A stretch of 64,000 bases of DNA from Podospora anserina (taxonomy: Eukaryota). Shown one piece after another: positions 25,063-38,872 of the stretch. Numbering within the stretch: position 1 is the first letter of the stretch; each line of letters starts with the position of its first letter. Under the pieces are notes generated by a model. It saw only the letters and a program-made list of their open reading frames with translations. It did no database searches and had not been told where the DNA came from. Both the position numbers and the translations under genes were made by a program. The stretch lies in contig CM030336.1 of the NCBI GenBank assembly GCA_017654855.1, positions 1,426,001 through 1,490,000 of the forward strand, read 5' to 3'.

Positions 25063-26395
25063 CAAGAAAAAAAAAAGAAAAGAAAAAAGGGAACAAAAAT
25101 AAATCGAAACAACTACCTTATTTAATCCTTCCTCTGTTTCCTAGAGGATCCCCACGTCCTAACTCTCTAAGCCAGAAAATATCTAGCCGTAGAATTAATC
25201 CCACCCCATACCGACAATGACATTCCTCTCTTATTCCTCCCCATGTGTATGTACATCACCGTAATCCTCTGCACAACTCCTTCCCTCAGGGATCACCGCC
25301 GTGCACCCCAGACTCCTTTGTTCCGCACTACCCAACCCATTTTCTAGCTATTTCAGCCTCCGGGTAGTCTCACACCGATACTCGGCAAGTGTCGTTTGTA
25401 CCGAGATCATCGGAGGGGTGGTCATACATTTGTGTCGTCAATCGACGAGGATAATTGTTGCAAGTTGTGAATCGAAACGTTGAAGGGTATCATGTACATG
25501 TATCCAGCCCCTATAAACATCGAATTCCAGGCGTAATTTCAGGCTGCCGAAAAGCAGGAGGTGGCGCATTGTAAAATTCGGGGTATCCTGTCCCCGTTCT
25601 TTTTGTTGATTTGTTGGTGACCCTTTTTTTGGTTTGTCTTGTCATTTTGCTGATGGGGACGGCGCTTTTCGCCATCCCTCGGCGTCTTGATCGTGGTTGT
25701 GAATGGACCGAGAGGGTCAAGCCCCAGAGCTAGACTCTTGTTGGATGGGCTTTCTTGCGGCATCGTGATGGAGGATCCCCCTAAGTACCGCAAGTTTTGG
25801 CGAGATCTGCAGAAGATGTTTGCAGCAGACTCGATTTGAACTGAGTACCACTCCAGACTCCCCGAGCTCTAAACTCGAGATGAGCAGTTGGACCCAGACG
25901 AATGGGCCACCGACCAGGTTGCCAGTCTGATCGGCGATTCAACCTCTCGGAAAACTGAGTTAAGGGTTCGGTTGGATGAGGGGGTGTGGTGTAGGTTATG
26001 GGGAGGCCGAGCGGTGGTGTCTCGTGGTGGTGGTTGTGGACCTGGGTGAGGTGGATGAAGCTGAACTCTAATCGCCAAAGTCAGTACCGGAATGCTTGGG
26101 TCTGTGGTGTGGCACAAAACCTCCAAGACGGCGCCAAGTGGAACAAAGGGGACCTGTCGAGACATGTCTCAGTTGTTGAAAAAATCAAGTCGATTGCCAT
26201 GACATCCCAAGGACGTCGTGCTTAAAGATTCGCCAGATAACTCCAAACCAAGTATCGATACAGTCCCGCCGCCCGTTTCCCTGGATATCATACATACACT
26301 CCTTTATTCATGACATAAATCATTCCCGCCCATATTCATCCCCAATTCCTATCCTAACGTGCCGTTTTGTCCTTTTCTTCCTCATAGCAAAATCA

Positions 26396-27057
26396 TCATG
26401 ACTTGTCCTGGAGAGGACTTCCCCGGAGAGGGCTTCCTCGCAAGGGACTCCCTCGTAACGGGCTGCCTCGGCTGCTATCCCTCTTAGGCCATTGGTTATT
26501 GGTCCCGTCCAGATCGTCAAATGGGTCTAAGTGGTCGTTGAGCTGGGCGGTGCTCAGCTTTGCTTCCTTGGGGGCATCCAGAGGGTCTCTTGAACGTCGA
26601 CCAAAACCGCTGGGTGAGCCCTCAGGCGAGAATTTGGAGTCGCTATCATGTGCGCGTGATCGCTTCGTGGAGGGTACATCGTCAAGACCGTAGTCTGCCG
26701 CTTGGAACCGATCGCTCTTGTCCTCGCTCGCATCTCTCTTCTTCTTCCGGCGGTGCAAAAATGCAAGGACGCTCAAAGTGCAAATAATGAGGGCACCACT
26801 TGTAGACACTCAGTCAGCAATGGTTCGCCAAGTGCATATGATGCCAAGAGCGAGGTAAACACTCACAAAACACTGCCAACCACAATCCAGGTAATTTTGG
26901 CGGTCGAAATGCCGGGCTTCTCGCACAGATTGATATTTGGTTGCGGGCTGCACTCGTCGTCCTCGCGAGGGAGGAGCATGGCGGCTACTGCGCGCTTGAG
27001 CTTCGCAGCAGACCAATGCTGCATGCGTGCAGCGGGAGCTATCCCTTGGGGCGCCAT
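26396..27057 (-). CDS. small single-pass membrane protein, 2 exons, C-terminal (RGSPL)x4
   Basis: MAPQG..ECSPQPNINLCEKP..ITWIVVGSV / GALIICTLSVLAFLHRRKKKRD, i.e. a TM helix followed by a basic stop-transfer run. Intron GTGAGT..GCTGAC..AAG at ~26800-26866. Confidence 0.75.
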
Positions 27058-28906
27058 TGCTGCTTGGGAGGTTGGTGTTGGTGTAGTTCTAGGGAAAAAG
27101 CGATTGCAAAGCGATTGCAAAGCGATTGACCCAGTTTCCGTTCCCTTCGGGTTCCGCCAAAAATCAGACCATCTGCTTTTCAATCTTCCAGCGATTGTCG
27201 AAAAATGGTCGGGATCTGTTGGCCGCACTTGAAGAGAAACCGACGGCGGGCCGCCTTGTGTAAGCGTGTGCCGTAGCGGGAGGTGGTGCGCTCAGGAACG
27301 TGGAAAAAGGCAGTGCGGGCAGTCTGTTGGTATGTTGTCCGCGACACGTTGGGAACACCGGAGGTCCACAAGACAAGATAGCAGCGAAGGTAAAGGTTTC
27401 GAAGTCGAAAACGAAGGTGAGGATGAAGACGAAACACGCATCACATCAAACCGCCGGGGCTGACAGGAAGATAAAAAAAGGCCGTTGGCATAGCGTCACA
27501 GTCTTGTTGTTAATTGAGAAATCCTGAATCCGGAATCGTTGCGAGCGGTAGGTGACGTCGAGAGCGTGTCCGTGTCAAGGGATAATTACCAACCGAACGG
27601 CGCAGTCTGATTGGTGCCTCACAGTCAGAAATGCAGGAAGCCGGGATCCACCCCGGCATGCAAGCGATGCTGCAGCATAAATTCGCTGATGTGATTGGGC
27701 GAGAGGGTGCTTGACGATGGGGGAGTTTCACGCTGCAAAAACAAGCACCTCGCCTAGAGACAGGATCTGTTGGAGGCATCCAGGCCCTTCGCTTTTTTGT
27801 ATCATGAACTTCTTGTACGAGCTGCTCCGTAGTATCGGGCTTACTGCCCCGTTCAGCAAGAGGATGTTCGTGTTGTCAACAGACGAACTCACGGCTAGGT
27901 ACGGTAGCGAGCAAGTATCACGAACACAACAGTTTTCGCCGTGGAAACGCTCCAGCGGACTAATGCCGTGCCATGAGTCGGATGGTCCCATAGTAAACCT
28001 GCAGTCAAGATCGCCAAACAGGGAACTAAACAACCTCGTCTTGGACGTCATGGAGATACTATCTACAGTACAGTGATATTCACAGCTTGCCAAAATCCTG
28101 GACAACACAAGCTTTTGGTTCTACTGATCATAATGCTTGACTTAGTTTGAGTTGTCATAGCCACAACTTATGTTCCAATCTCCATCCAACGGCATGTCGG
28201 GAGTGCTGTGCTGCCACGTTTTGATTGAACCGACATGAAGATATTCTATCTCTGACACGTTGCACGGCCAGCTTGGAAAGATCGACCGGGCGATGCCGGT
28301 GTTCCGTTTCATAGGCCCTCTTCTATAAGAGAGATGCTATCACCAAAACAGTGGACGGGGTCGAATCCAGGACAACTGTTGAGGTCATGGCTTTCCACAG
28401 CACTGCAACGGTCTTTTAGTTCCCCGCTAAAAGATACGTACCGGGGCGCATCCCCCACATTTGGTACAAGAGAGATGCTGGTTGGAAACAGAAATTGCTG
28501 GCCTCTTCCTGGCTTACGCCCGGCTCATTGTGAAACAACTCAAACAGGACATCCTTTCTCTCACAGTGAGGCCGTTGAAATTCTGCTCCCAACCCCACCA
28601 GAAGCTGGGGATTTGGTGGGGGTTTATTGAATCTCTGCATTGGCCCGTGCACTTCGAGCCAAGGGCGACTCGACTGGCAAGGGCGGTCATCTGATTGCTT
28701 TTACGTGATTGGCCACCGGCTCTTGAGCTTCGTTCGGTCGAGAAATCCACTCACTGAATGTCACAACCCGTTCGAGAAAATTGCCGACATCTTACCGCCG
28801 ACAAAGTTCAAAGTCGACGCTCCAGATCGCCAGATCCCAGCCGGCAGTATTTCTGGTTGACGGCTACTCACCAGCATATCTTACAACAGAACTTCTCACC
28901 GATACA

Positions 28907-31145
28907 ATGTCTACAAACCCGGGCACCATGCGAGGCCCGAGCCGGACCGGCCAGCGCGGCGGCATCCCTTTCACCCCCAATACCCCTACGACATCGTCTG
29001 CCTCTTCGGCAATCCCCAGACCAGTCGAAACCACCCATGCTGCCCCCAGCGAGAGCGGCGCCTCCTTGAGTGCCGGCAGACAAAAACAAGCAAAGCGGGA
29101 CGAGGTGTGTATTTTGGCTTCTTTTTCTTCTTGTTCTGAGCCAGTTATCGGCTCGTCTTGGCGCCTCTATTTCGCATCTCCTGATCAGTGACGTGGCGGA
29201 CGAGGAGAAATACCACTTGGTGGGCGACAGGATGAAGACTTACTCTGTAACTACCAGGCCATCCGCCGCAAGCTGGAGAGTGATCTCTCCAAGAAGAAGC
29301 ACCTTACCAGCCGAGCCCGCCATTCCCGCAAAGCCCCTCCCGGCACCGTCCTTGCCCTCAAGCCTAGCCCCGCCCTTCAGATCAAGCCCGCGACGACCGT
29401 TTCCGAGGCTGCCCAGTTGATGGCCGCGAAAAGGGAAGACTGCGTGCTTGTTACCGACGACGATGAGAGAATTGCCGGCATCTTCACCGCCAAGGATCTC
29501 GCCTTTCGCGTTGTTGGAGCTGGGTTGAAGGCCGCCAATGTCACCATTGCCGAAATCATGACCAAGAACCCCCTCTGCGCCAGAACCGATACCAGTGCCA
29601 CCGATGCCCTCGACCTCATGGTCCGCAAGGGCTTCCGCCACTTGCCAGTTATGGACGAGAACCAAGACATCTCTGGTGTGCTCGATATCACAAAGTGCTT
29701 TTACGAGGCCATGGAGAAGTTGGAGCGGGCCTACTCTTCGTCTCGCCGTCTCTACGACGCCCTCGAGGGTGTGCAGTCCGAGTTGGGCACAAGTCAGCCT
29801 CAACAGATTATTCAGTATGTTGAGGCCTTGCGGTCCAAGATGTCGGGTCCTACCCTCGAGTCGGTCCTCAACGGCATCCCACCCACCACCGTCAGCGTGC
29901 GGACATCGGTCAAGGAGGCTGCCCAGTTGATGAAGGAGAACCACACCACAGCCGTCTTGGTGCAAGATCAGGGCGCTATTACGGGTATCTTCACCAGCAA
30001 GGATGTTGTCCTGCGTGTTATTGCCCCAGGCCTTGATCCTGCCACTTGCAGCGTCGTCCGTGTGATGACCCCTCACCCCGACTTTGCGCCCATGGACATG
30101 ACCATCCAGGCTGCTCTTCGCAAGATGCATGGTATGTTTACTTGTCCAAACTTTGTTGAGATCAAACTAATACGGTGCTTCAGATGGCCACTACCTTAAC
30201 CTCCCGGTGATGAACGATGGAGGCGAGATCGTCGGTATGGTCGATGTACTCAAGCTCACATATGCCACTCTCGAACAGATCAACACGATGGGGACAGGCG
30301 CCGACAACGAAGGACCGGCATGGAACAAATTCTGGCTCTCGCTTGACCACGAGACCGAGTCCATGGTCTCTGGTGACGGCTCCCATCACCACACCCACCA
30401 CACCCGCTCCGTCATGTCCCCCGATATGTCCCGCGACAGAATCAACGACAGCGTTGCGCCCGGCGATTCAGCCAGCCATGCGGGTGTTGATTCGCCCCCC
30501 CATAGTGCTGTGGCGCCCATCACACCCGAACTCCCTCCCAGCGAGATCCCATTCGCCTTCAAGTTCAAGGCGCCTAGCGGGCGTGTCCATCGTCTGCAAG
30601 TGACTGCTGCGCACGGCATGGAGGAATTTGTTGCCAACGTCGCAGCGAAGCTCGGCGCCGAGGTGGAGACTATTGGAGGCGCACCAGCGGTTGAGGATGG
30701 TCTGCTCTCTGGCGGATTTGCCCTGAGCTATCTGGATGATGAGGGTGATTCGGTTTCCATCACAACAGACCAGGATCTCCTGGAGGCCATTCTCCTGGCT
30801 CGTCATGGCCATCGCGAGAAGGTCGATCTCTTTGTTCACCACCCCAACCAACCTCCCGTTGCCGTCGCCCCAGCGCCAGAACCGGTGGCTCACCCCACTC
30901 CTCCTGCCTCGTCAGTAGTCAGAGAGCGGAGAAAGGCACACCACGAGGAGGAGTCCGAGGAAGAGGAGGACGAATCTGAGGAGGAGGCGCCTGTTCGCCG
31001 GAGAACCCGCACGCGAACTGCGCCTCTTCAGCAGGAACAGGTCATTGCCGGTGTCCCTAATGAGCTCCTGCTGCCAGGTGCTATTGTCACATTGGCCGTC
31101 GTTATCATTGGTGTGTTTGCCATTGGTAGAGCGTCTAGCAGATAA
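28907..31145 (+). CDS. CBS-domain (x4) + PB1 domain protein with C-terminal TM anchor (Mug70-like)
   Basis: CBS repeats GIFTAKDLAFRV, KGFRHLPV, GIFTSKDVVLRV and HYLNLPV; PB1 FKFKAPSGRVHR..LSYLDDEGDSVSITTDQDL; hydrophobic C-terminus. Introns at ~29105-29257 and ~30132-30184. Confidence 0.92.
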
Positions 31146-31655
31146 ACAGATGTGGCAGGCGGGAGAGGAATGTTGGGGGAGTATATATCCGCTTTTAGGG
31201 GGGTGGTGAAAGCAAAATCCGGTGACGAGACGAACGAGCCTTGCGTTGGGGCGAGCCTTTTACGATGCACACCTACAAAACCACATGGTTCGGGCAGGCG
31301 AGGTTCGCGGTGTAGAATTCTTTTGTATCAGACTTCATGACTGCCTATTGATTCCATAGATGATCTAATAGCACTTTTTTATTTTTCCTTTGTTCAGCAA
31401 TTGACGGATCCCCCCTCTCTTCTCATCCATTGTCTTCTCACTGCCCCTGAAATGAACGAGTGATGTCGTAACGTGGGGTGAGAGACCTCCGATGTGGTGC
31501 GGGCGTCGGTTCGGGTGGTCGGCGGCTCGGCGGGGAGCGAAGCACGGGCCACCTCGAATTGGAGCTGCTCCTCTGGAGAAAAGTTGATTTGCGCTTCGGC
31601 CGGCAATAGAACTTCTGGAACTGGTGATGCCTGTTAGACACCCAGCATTCCCGCC

Positions 31656-32955
31656 ATGATTATACGGAATTTCGGCGTGCGGCACGGTGAGTCTTGTTTG
31701 ACAGCGACTCGATTCCTCAGAACCCTCGCTAATTGAGTTGAATGTGTGAATCACAGGCCGCCAGGTGCTCTCTGCCCCTCACTCGGCACCATCATGTCTC
31801 CGACTCTTCTCTACCCAGACCACAACGACGACAACGACCGCCACCCCCGTGCCCGGAAACCAAGAAGCGGTCGAGCAGCTCGCCGCTCTGAGCGCCACGG
31901 ATGCCGCCCGCGAAGCCAGGCTCGCCGGCCGCCGACAGCAGCAGGAGATTGCGGCCATCCCGCGCAACTTCAGGAAGTTTATCAAGTACCAAAAGGAAAC
32001 GGAGAAGCTCGGGTCCGAGGTTGAGAGGCGGTATCTCCCCGACGAGATCATCCGCAACCCGCCCCACGACGCCAGCTTGGAGGACCTGCTCGCGGCGCAG
32101 TGCCACATGGGCCATCATGTCTCGAGGTGGAACCCGGCCAACTCGAGGTACATTTATGGTGAGAGGTCGGATATTCACATCATCAGCCTGGAGCAGACGG
32201 CGGCGCACTTGAGGAGGGCGGCGAGGGTGGTGGAGGAGGTGGCGTATCATGGAGGGTTGATTCTGTTTGTGGGGAACAGGAAGGGGCAGATGCCGATTGT
32301 GACGAGGATGGCGGAGCTGGCGGGGGCGTGTCACCTTTTTCAGAAGTGGACGCCGGGGTGTATCACGAACAAGGATGTGTTGTTGCAAGGGGGGCAGCTC
32401 AAGATCGTGGATGAGAGGGATAGGGAGTTGGAGGGGTTTGAGGAGCATTTGAGGGATTGCAGGCCGGTGACGCCGGATTTGGTGGTTTGCTTGAACCCGT
32501 TGGAGAATTATGCGTTGCTGAGGGAGTGTGCGCTGGCTACGGTGCCGACGGTGGGGGTGATTGACACGGATGCTGATCCGAGCTGGGTTACGTATCAGAT
32601 TCCGGCGAATGACGATAGGTGAGTTTTTCTTGAATGAGGGAGATGGATGGGTTGCTAATGATGGGAGAATAGTTTGCGGTCTGTGGCTCTTATTGCGGGT
32701 GTTTTGGGGCGGGCTGGTGAGAGGGGGCAGCAGAGGAGGCTGGCGGATGCTGAGAAGGGGGTTGTGAAGTGGCAGACGCCCAAGGATGTGTTTAGTTTTA
32801 TCGGCAAGGTGAACGCCAAGATCAGGAGGGAAGCCGAGGAAAAACAGGAGAATATGCAGAAGGAGACGGGAGGGCTGAAGCCGGCTGATTTGATGACGGA
32901 GGATGAGGTTATCGCTGAGATGTTTGGTCAGGGGGCTGTTCCGTCCAAATACTAG
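31656..32955 (+). CDS. MRP4: mitochondrial 37S ribosomal protein S2 (uS2m)
   Basis: LLAAQCHMGH..WNP..YIYG, ILFVG, KWTPGCITN, PDLVVCLNP and PTVGVIDTDADPSWVTYQIPANDD. Introns at ~31687-31756 and ~32619-32672. Presequence-like N-terminus. Confidence 0.93.
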
Positions 32956-33717
32956 CGGGCGAGTGTCCCTTTTCTGTATCAAAATTCAAGATGAATGTGT
33001 ATTTTAGAGGCTTTTGTATGTACATGTAAAATAGGAACAAAATTGGCACACTTGCTGAAAGACAACAAAATAACAGCTCCTCAGGAGGCGTGATGTCAAC
33101 AAATCACTGTCGATAATGATTGTAGTCGTTGATATTGTCCTGGCAGCTGTTCGTCTCATCTTGCCGGGCTGTCAGCTGCCACCAGCCAAGACCATGACTA
33201 AGCCCCCCTCCCCCCAATGCGGCCCGAAATCTTCGCAGTATCCCCTTTCCAGCGAATTTCCCCTCACCAGGCACAAATCATCACCACGCACATTTCAGCA
33301 CAGCAGACACGTTCCCGTCACGTCACAGCCAACACCCTGCCGCCGCACTTCGGTCGTTCTCGTCACGCCACACCGGCATTCCCCCGTTGATTGGGCACGA
33401 ACCGGCCCGACATCCAGGAACACACCCACCCGTCCCTGAGTCGTGCTGTTCAGGTACCCCTCCAAACACTCTCTTCTGCTTTCCAGGTACGGGTGTTTCA
33501 ACTTTTGGGAATCTAGGTAGGAGAAGGAGGAGGAGGAGAACCGTTGTAGGAAGAGAAGAGGAAGACAATACAAGATGCATTTCTCACCATGACCATTCAC
33601 ATCTTATCCAAAAGTACCTCAACAGACGAACAGGATGCTAATAACTCACATCTGACCCGGCACAGACGGACGCTGCATTGAACACCGTCCGGACCGAACA
33701 TAGCCTGCCAAGAAGCA

Positions 33718-35304
33718 ATGCCGGCCATTCTGGAGGACCCAGCCGCCCCGACCATCTATCGTATCTCGGGCGACCCTCCGTATCCGGATCCCGCGAAGCC
33801 TACGGTCCCGGCCTCTATTGTCCCTCGCCATGTGACACTTAGAGACCGGCAGACCGAGGCCACCGTCATTCCGTTTGCATCCCGGGATGAGGTACCCGAG
33901 TCATTGCTGCGCTATCTCAGCGACCAGTTCAGCAAAGAGATCGAGGGCGGTGATACCTACCCCATGATGGAGCCCATGTCGTTTGACAAGTTTGCTGCCT
34001 ACTGGTTCCAGAACTTTGCCGGTATCATGCTGCTGGGCAACATTGAAAGCGCTGCCGATGTGATCGAGGGTAAAGACTGGTCCAAGGAGTGCCTTGGCAC
34101 TTTCTACATCAAGCCCAACTACCCCGGCCGCAGCAGCCACATCTGCAACGCGGGCTTCATCGTCACTGATGCCTCCCGCAACCGTGGTGTTGGTCGGCTG
34201 ATGGGCGAGACGTACCTCGAGTGGGCTCCCCAACTGGGCTACAAGTACTCCGTCTTCAACCTCGTCTACGAGACCAACGTGGCCTCGTGCAAGATTTGGG
34301 ACGCCCTCGGCTTCAAGCGGATCGGCCGGGTCAAGGGCGCCGGCAACCTCAAGAGCCACCCGGACCGGCTGGTGGACGCCATCATCTACGGGCGCGACCT
34401 GGGCGACGCGGCGGGCGGCGCGGGCAACGAGGAACTTGTGAGTGAAGAGCGTTTCGACAAGATCAAGTTCTACCTCAAATACGGCCGCTATCCGAACGGC
34501 GCTGACCGAGCCGAGAAAAGCAGACTCCGTAGCGCGGCGACACACTACAAGCTCCTGGAGGGCGACGTCTTGATGCTCAAGGATAAAGAGGTCATCTCGG
34601 ACCCGCAGCGGCAGTACGAGATTGCGCGGACGGTGCACAACCAGGCCCACGCCGGCATCAACAAGACGACGGCGACCATTGCGGAGCGGTACCACTGGAG
34701 CCGGATCAAGGAGACGGTGTCGGATGTAATTAGGAACTGTACAGAATGCAAAGAGCTGGGGAAGCCATCATCATCATCATCAGCTGCTGCTGCCGCTGCC
34801 GCTGCCGCTGCTTCACAGTCTTCGCAAACAACAGCTGCCCAACCATCACCTGCTCTTGCCGCCGTCAACGGCATAAAACGACCCAGTTCTGTAACACTAC
34901 CTGGAGCTCCCAATCCTAAACGGTCGTCTCCCAGTCCCACTGCTACAGCTGTCGTCGTGGCCGCCCCGTCTTCTTCCTCAACAACAACACTACAGCAGCA
35001 GCCAAGGCCACCAATACCCGACCCGCCCCACTTGGGGCCGTTTACCGTGCCAAGGCAACAACAACAACCTCACCCACCACCGCAGTATACCGATCCGACG
35101 ACGATATCGCTTTTATCATCAGCCAGTCACAGTCACGGAATCGACACGGGTTCGGGTCCTAGTGTTGATGCGGCCATGGGGGGGGCTGGGCATCATGATG
35201 CCCACCATCAGCACCACCATCCACATCACCATGTGCAAGTGACGGATGTGTACCAGCCTATTGATCCGCAGATTATACAATCTTCTTTGCACCACCATCA
35301 TCAT

Positions 35305-35335
<31 letters not shown>

Positions 35336-35685
35336 AGCATCACGATGACGGTTTGGTGCACCCGGGGTATTTATTAGGGGATGTGCACCACCCGCATCAT
35401 CATCATCAGGAGCATGATGAGACGGATGCGTTTCAGGCGTTGATTAACGCTGGGGCGGAAGAGGAGGAGGTGGAGGAGGAAGAGGTTGTGGGCAGGAGGA
35501 CGAGGGAGGAGGTGGAGGAGGCGGTGGATAGGGATTTGGAGATGTTGATTGAGGAGCCGGTTGAGGAGGAGGATGAAGGAAAGGGGAGAGGGGGGAAGGA
35601 GGAGGGGAGTTTGAGTCCTAAGGGGGAGGTGCCAGCTACGCCTGTGCCGACCGAGGTCGGGGATGAGGGGGGGAGGGTTGGGTAG
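33718..35685 (+). CDS. SPT10: Spt10-like GNAT acetyltransferase with H2C2 zinc-binding domain and low-complexity tail
   Basis: GNAT motifs LGTFYIKPNYPGRSSHICNAGF, RNRGVGRLMG and FNLVYETNVAS; H2C2 motif HNQAHAGINKT..YHW..CTEC; poly-A/H/Q/E tail. Confidence 0.85.
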
Positions 35686-36919
35686 AGTGAAGGCGGACGG
35701 GGTGGGTAAATATGTTGGATTTTGTTAACACAGCAACAAAAAGGGGGTTGGCGGTTGGGAAAATAGAGTTTTGGGGATTCAGGGGGGCGGTTAACTACCT
35801 TGTGATTTTTTGGCTACGGATATTTTCACGGGATGATTAACTTAACATTTTGTAATAGAGATTATTTCATGAATTATGTTGTGTTGCTTCCCTGGGGGTA
35901 TCTTGCTCATGGTGGTTGGATATAGAAGAGATGGGGGTTGATTGGCGGGTTCCAAACTCAGCCTCAAAGTCTTTTCCCAAGTCGAGTACCACCAACCCAC
36001 CATCCTAACTACCTCTTTCACGCTAAAATGTTTCTCAATATTGTCTGTACACATGTTACCGACACTTCGTGGGAAAAGCGCAAATGTCTTGTACCACCCA
36101 CCATCCCAACTCCCTCTTCCACGCTAAAATTCTTCCAGATCGAGAGCATCGAGTACAGATAATTGAAATAAGAGCATCATCCTCGGTAATATCAAACCGT
36201 CGTTACATGCATATGAGATGTTACACACGCCTCAGAGTTCTAGATGCCAGGAAGGTTGGGCGTCTGTTTTTCAATGATGATATCAATCAACGATGTCGAC
36301 AAAGGTGATATAAACACTATCTTGCCCATCGCAAGCGATCTTCTCTCATAAATACCTCTGGTTTGTAGGCAACATTATGCAAGATGGACATAGTAACACT
36401 CCAGGCACAAGACCTTATCAATATTTTCTGCTCTAGGAATCCGCATACCCGTATGAAAGCACCTTCATTAACTAGTAATATATGATGTAAATTAGAACCG
36501 TTGAATCGGTTGGTTGGCCCATGTACTGAGGACTGGTTGAACTTAGCTTTGATATTGCACATGGTATTGATGCTGCTTGAAACGAATACCTATCTCGTCA
36601 TGCAACCCAGCTTTATACATCTTTATCGTATTCCACTCCTGAGTAGACATCATGCACAACACACATTGACCGCTGCATAATACCACAGGAGAGACTGCCA
36701 TTACTTTAACATCTTTTATTACCACATTTGCCATGTATATAACACGCAAAGAATCTAGGTATCAACACCCCATGCTCATGCAACAACCCCCTGTGTTCCA
36801 TCACTTTTATCTACAGCCCGCTTTTCCAGCCCCCTTTACCGCCTGGGCATACCCCTTCCACGCCCCCTCCCACCAAGTGCCCTCTGCGCATCACCAGGAC
36901 GCAGAGCAGCACCTGGGGC

Positions 36920-38669
36920 CTAAAGAGCCGCGCTCTCCTCGTTTCTAATCGTCTCATCCACGCCCAAAATCAAGCACGCAGCCTCCGTGGCAGCCTGAAT
37001 AGCATTGATCTTGACCAGCGCAGGCTCCCAAACAAATCTCTCCATCATGTCTGTTGTGCCCTCGTTGACAAAGTCAACACCCGCCCAGGTGTTGCCCCTT
37101 CTGTGCTCGACTCTGAGTCTGTTGAGGATATCGGTCGCGTCGAACCCGGCGTTGTCGCAGAGCTGGCGGGGGATGACCTCCATGGCCTTGGCGAAGCTCT
37201 TGATGATGGCTTGCTGCTTGTGGGCTACGTCGCGATCGGCGAACCGGTGGAGGTAGGCGGATATCTCCATTTCTGTGGCACCACCACCGCCAACAATAGT
37301 CTTGTTGCGGATGGCGCGCTTGACAATCATGAGGGCGTCGTGGAGAGAGCGCTCAACCTCGGCGATGAACTGCTCAGCACCACCTCGGAGGACAAGAGTG
37401 CAGGTCTTGGCGGAGGGGCAGCCCTCAAAGAAGTTGAAGCGCTCGCCACCGATTTGTCTCTCGTCGAAGGACTCGCATGTGCCGAGATGCTCGGCGTGGA
37501 TGTCGGAGCAGGTGCTCTGGATAGTGGCGCCGGTGGCTTGAACAACACGCTCCATATCATCGGCGGACACACGACCAGCGCAGAAGATGTCGCGATCAGC
37601 GAAGTATTGGGTAGCCAAGTCACCGATGGGGAGCTTGGAGAGGACAACCTTGGCACCGGTCTCATGGAGGGCTTCGAGCTTCTTGAAGATAATTTGCCAT
37701 TCGGCGTCGACGATGGCTTGGTACTCGGATACGTGCTCGACGCGGACCTCGGCGTTGTCCTTTTCGGCCTTGAGCTCGAGCTCGACGTTCAGGCAGACAA
37801 TCTTGGGCTTCTTGAAGGACTTGGGCTGCTGCTCGAAACCGGCGTAGGAGAAGGTCTTCTTGAAGGCGACACCGTTTACGAAGAGGGAGTCGGTAAGGGA
37901 ACCGCCGGGGATCTTCTTGATGCCTATTAACTTTTCGTTGAGGTCTTCTTGATCGAGGGAGAGGACGGCGTCGACGACCACTAATGAGAGAAACAAAATA
38001 TTAGTACCCCTGCCCTGCTGCTGCCTATTGTGTACCCAGAAAAGGGGGCCTCACTCTTTGTGAAGAACTCGGTGTTACGCTTGATAAGCTTGCTGGTCAT
38101 GGCGGTGGCAGCGAGCTTCTCGAGTGTGTCTCTCCTGTTGCCCTCGGATGTGTTGACCGCAATCTCCTTGATCTTGTTCACCGCCATGGTCGACGCTCTC
38201 CTGAGGCCCTTGATGATGATCTGTGAGCTGACCCCATTCTCAACATGCTCCTTGACCTCCTTGAGGATCTCGCCGGCGAGAACAACGACGGAGGTAGTAC
38301 CGTCACCGACTTCGGCGTCTTGTGACCGGGCAATATCGACGAGGATGCGGGCGGCGGGGTGGACAATGTCCAGGAGCTTCATGACGGTGGCACCATCATT
38401 GGTGATGGTCTGCTTGCCGTTGGCATCGACCATGAGGAGATCACCGCCATAGGGGCCGAGAGTAGACTTTATCGTGGCCTGAACGGCGAGACAGGCGTTG
38501 ATATTGGAGATGATCTGGCCCTTGCCCTGAGAGGTGTCGGTCCCTGCGCAACAACACAAGCATCGAGTCAGTGGGGGAGGGGACAACGGTGAGCGGATCG
38601 GGAAGGAGGGGTTGTTTTCTAACCCTCTTTCAGGACAATGATGGTGGGTGTTTGGCCTCCGAAAGACAT
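36920..38669 (-). CDS. CCT7: T-complex protein 1 subunit eta (CCT/TRiC chaperonin); first in-frame stop at 36920, further tail to 36836
   Basis: [86 protein letters not shown] and VWEPALVK. Two introns, ~38545-38622 and ~37981-38054. Confidence 0.96.
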
Positions 38670-38872
38670 CTTGTGGCCGGTGTGTGAAGGTTGGGTCTCT
38701 TTGGTCTGGTCGTGACGGAACTACAAGAGTCGTTGCAAAGGGGGTGTGGTGGTGGGTGGAACGCGCGCCGTTGGGGGGGTAATTTGATTATTTCGTGGAG
38801 CTTCCCGGCCTTTGGGTCCCAGAGCTCCCAAAAAAATATCGAAGCCTTGCTGCACTCCGCCTGCCAGCGACT

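Noticed and set aside
27711-28700. Possible eroded gene upstream of the CBS/PB1 gene
   Set aside because: Only short protein-like stretches with no recognisable family or coherent splice model; unsupported.
34600-34760. Integrase-like H2C2 motif as a sign of a transposon
   Set aside because: It is the known zinc-binding domain of Spt10-family proteins, fused to a GNAT domain.
35280-35420. CAT/CAG microsatellites
   Set aside because: Ordinary poly-His/Gln coding repeats in the SPT10 tail.
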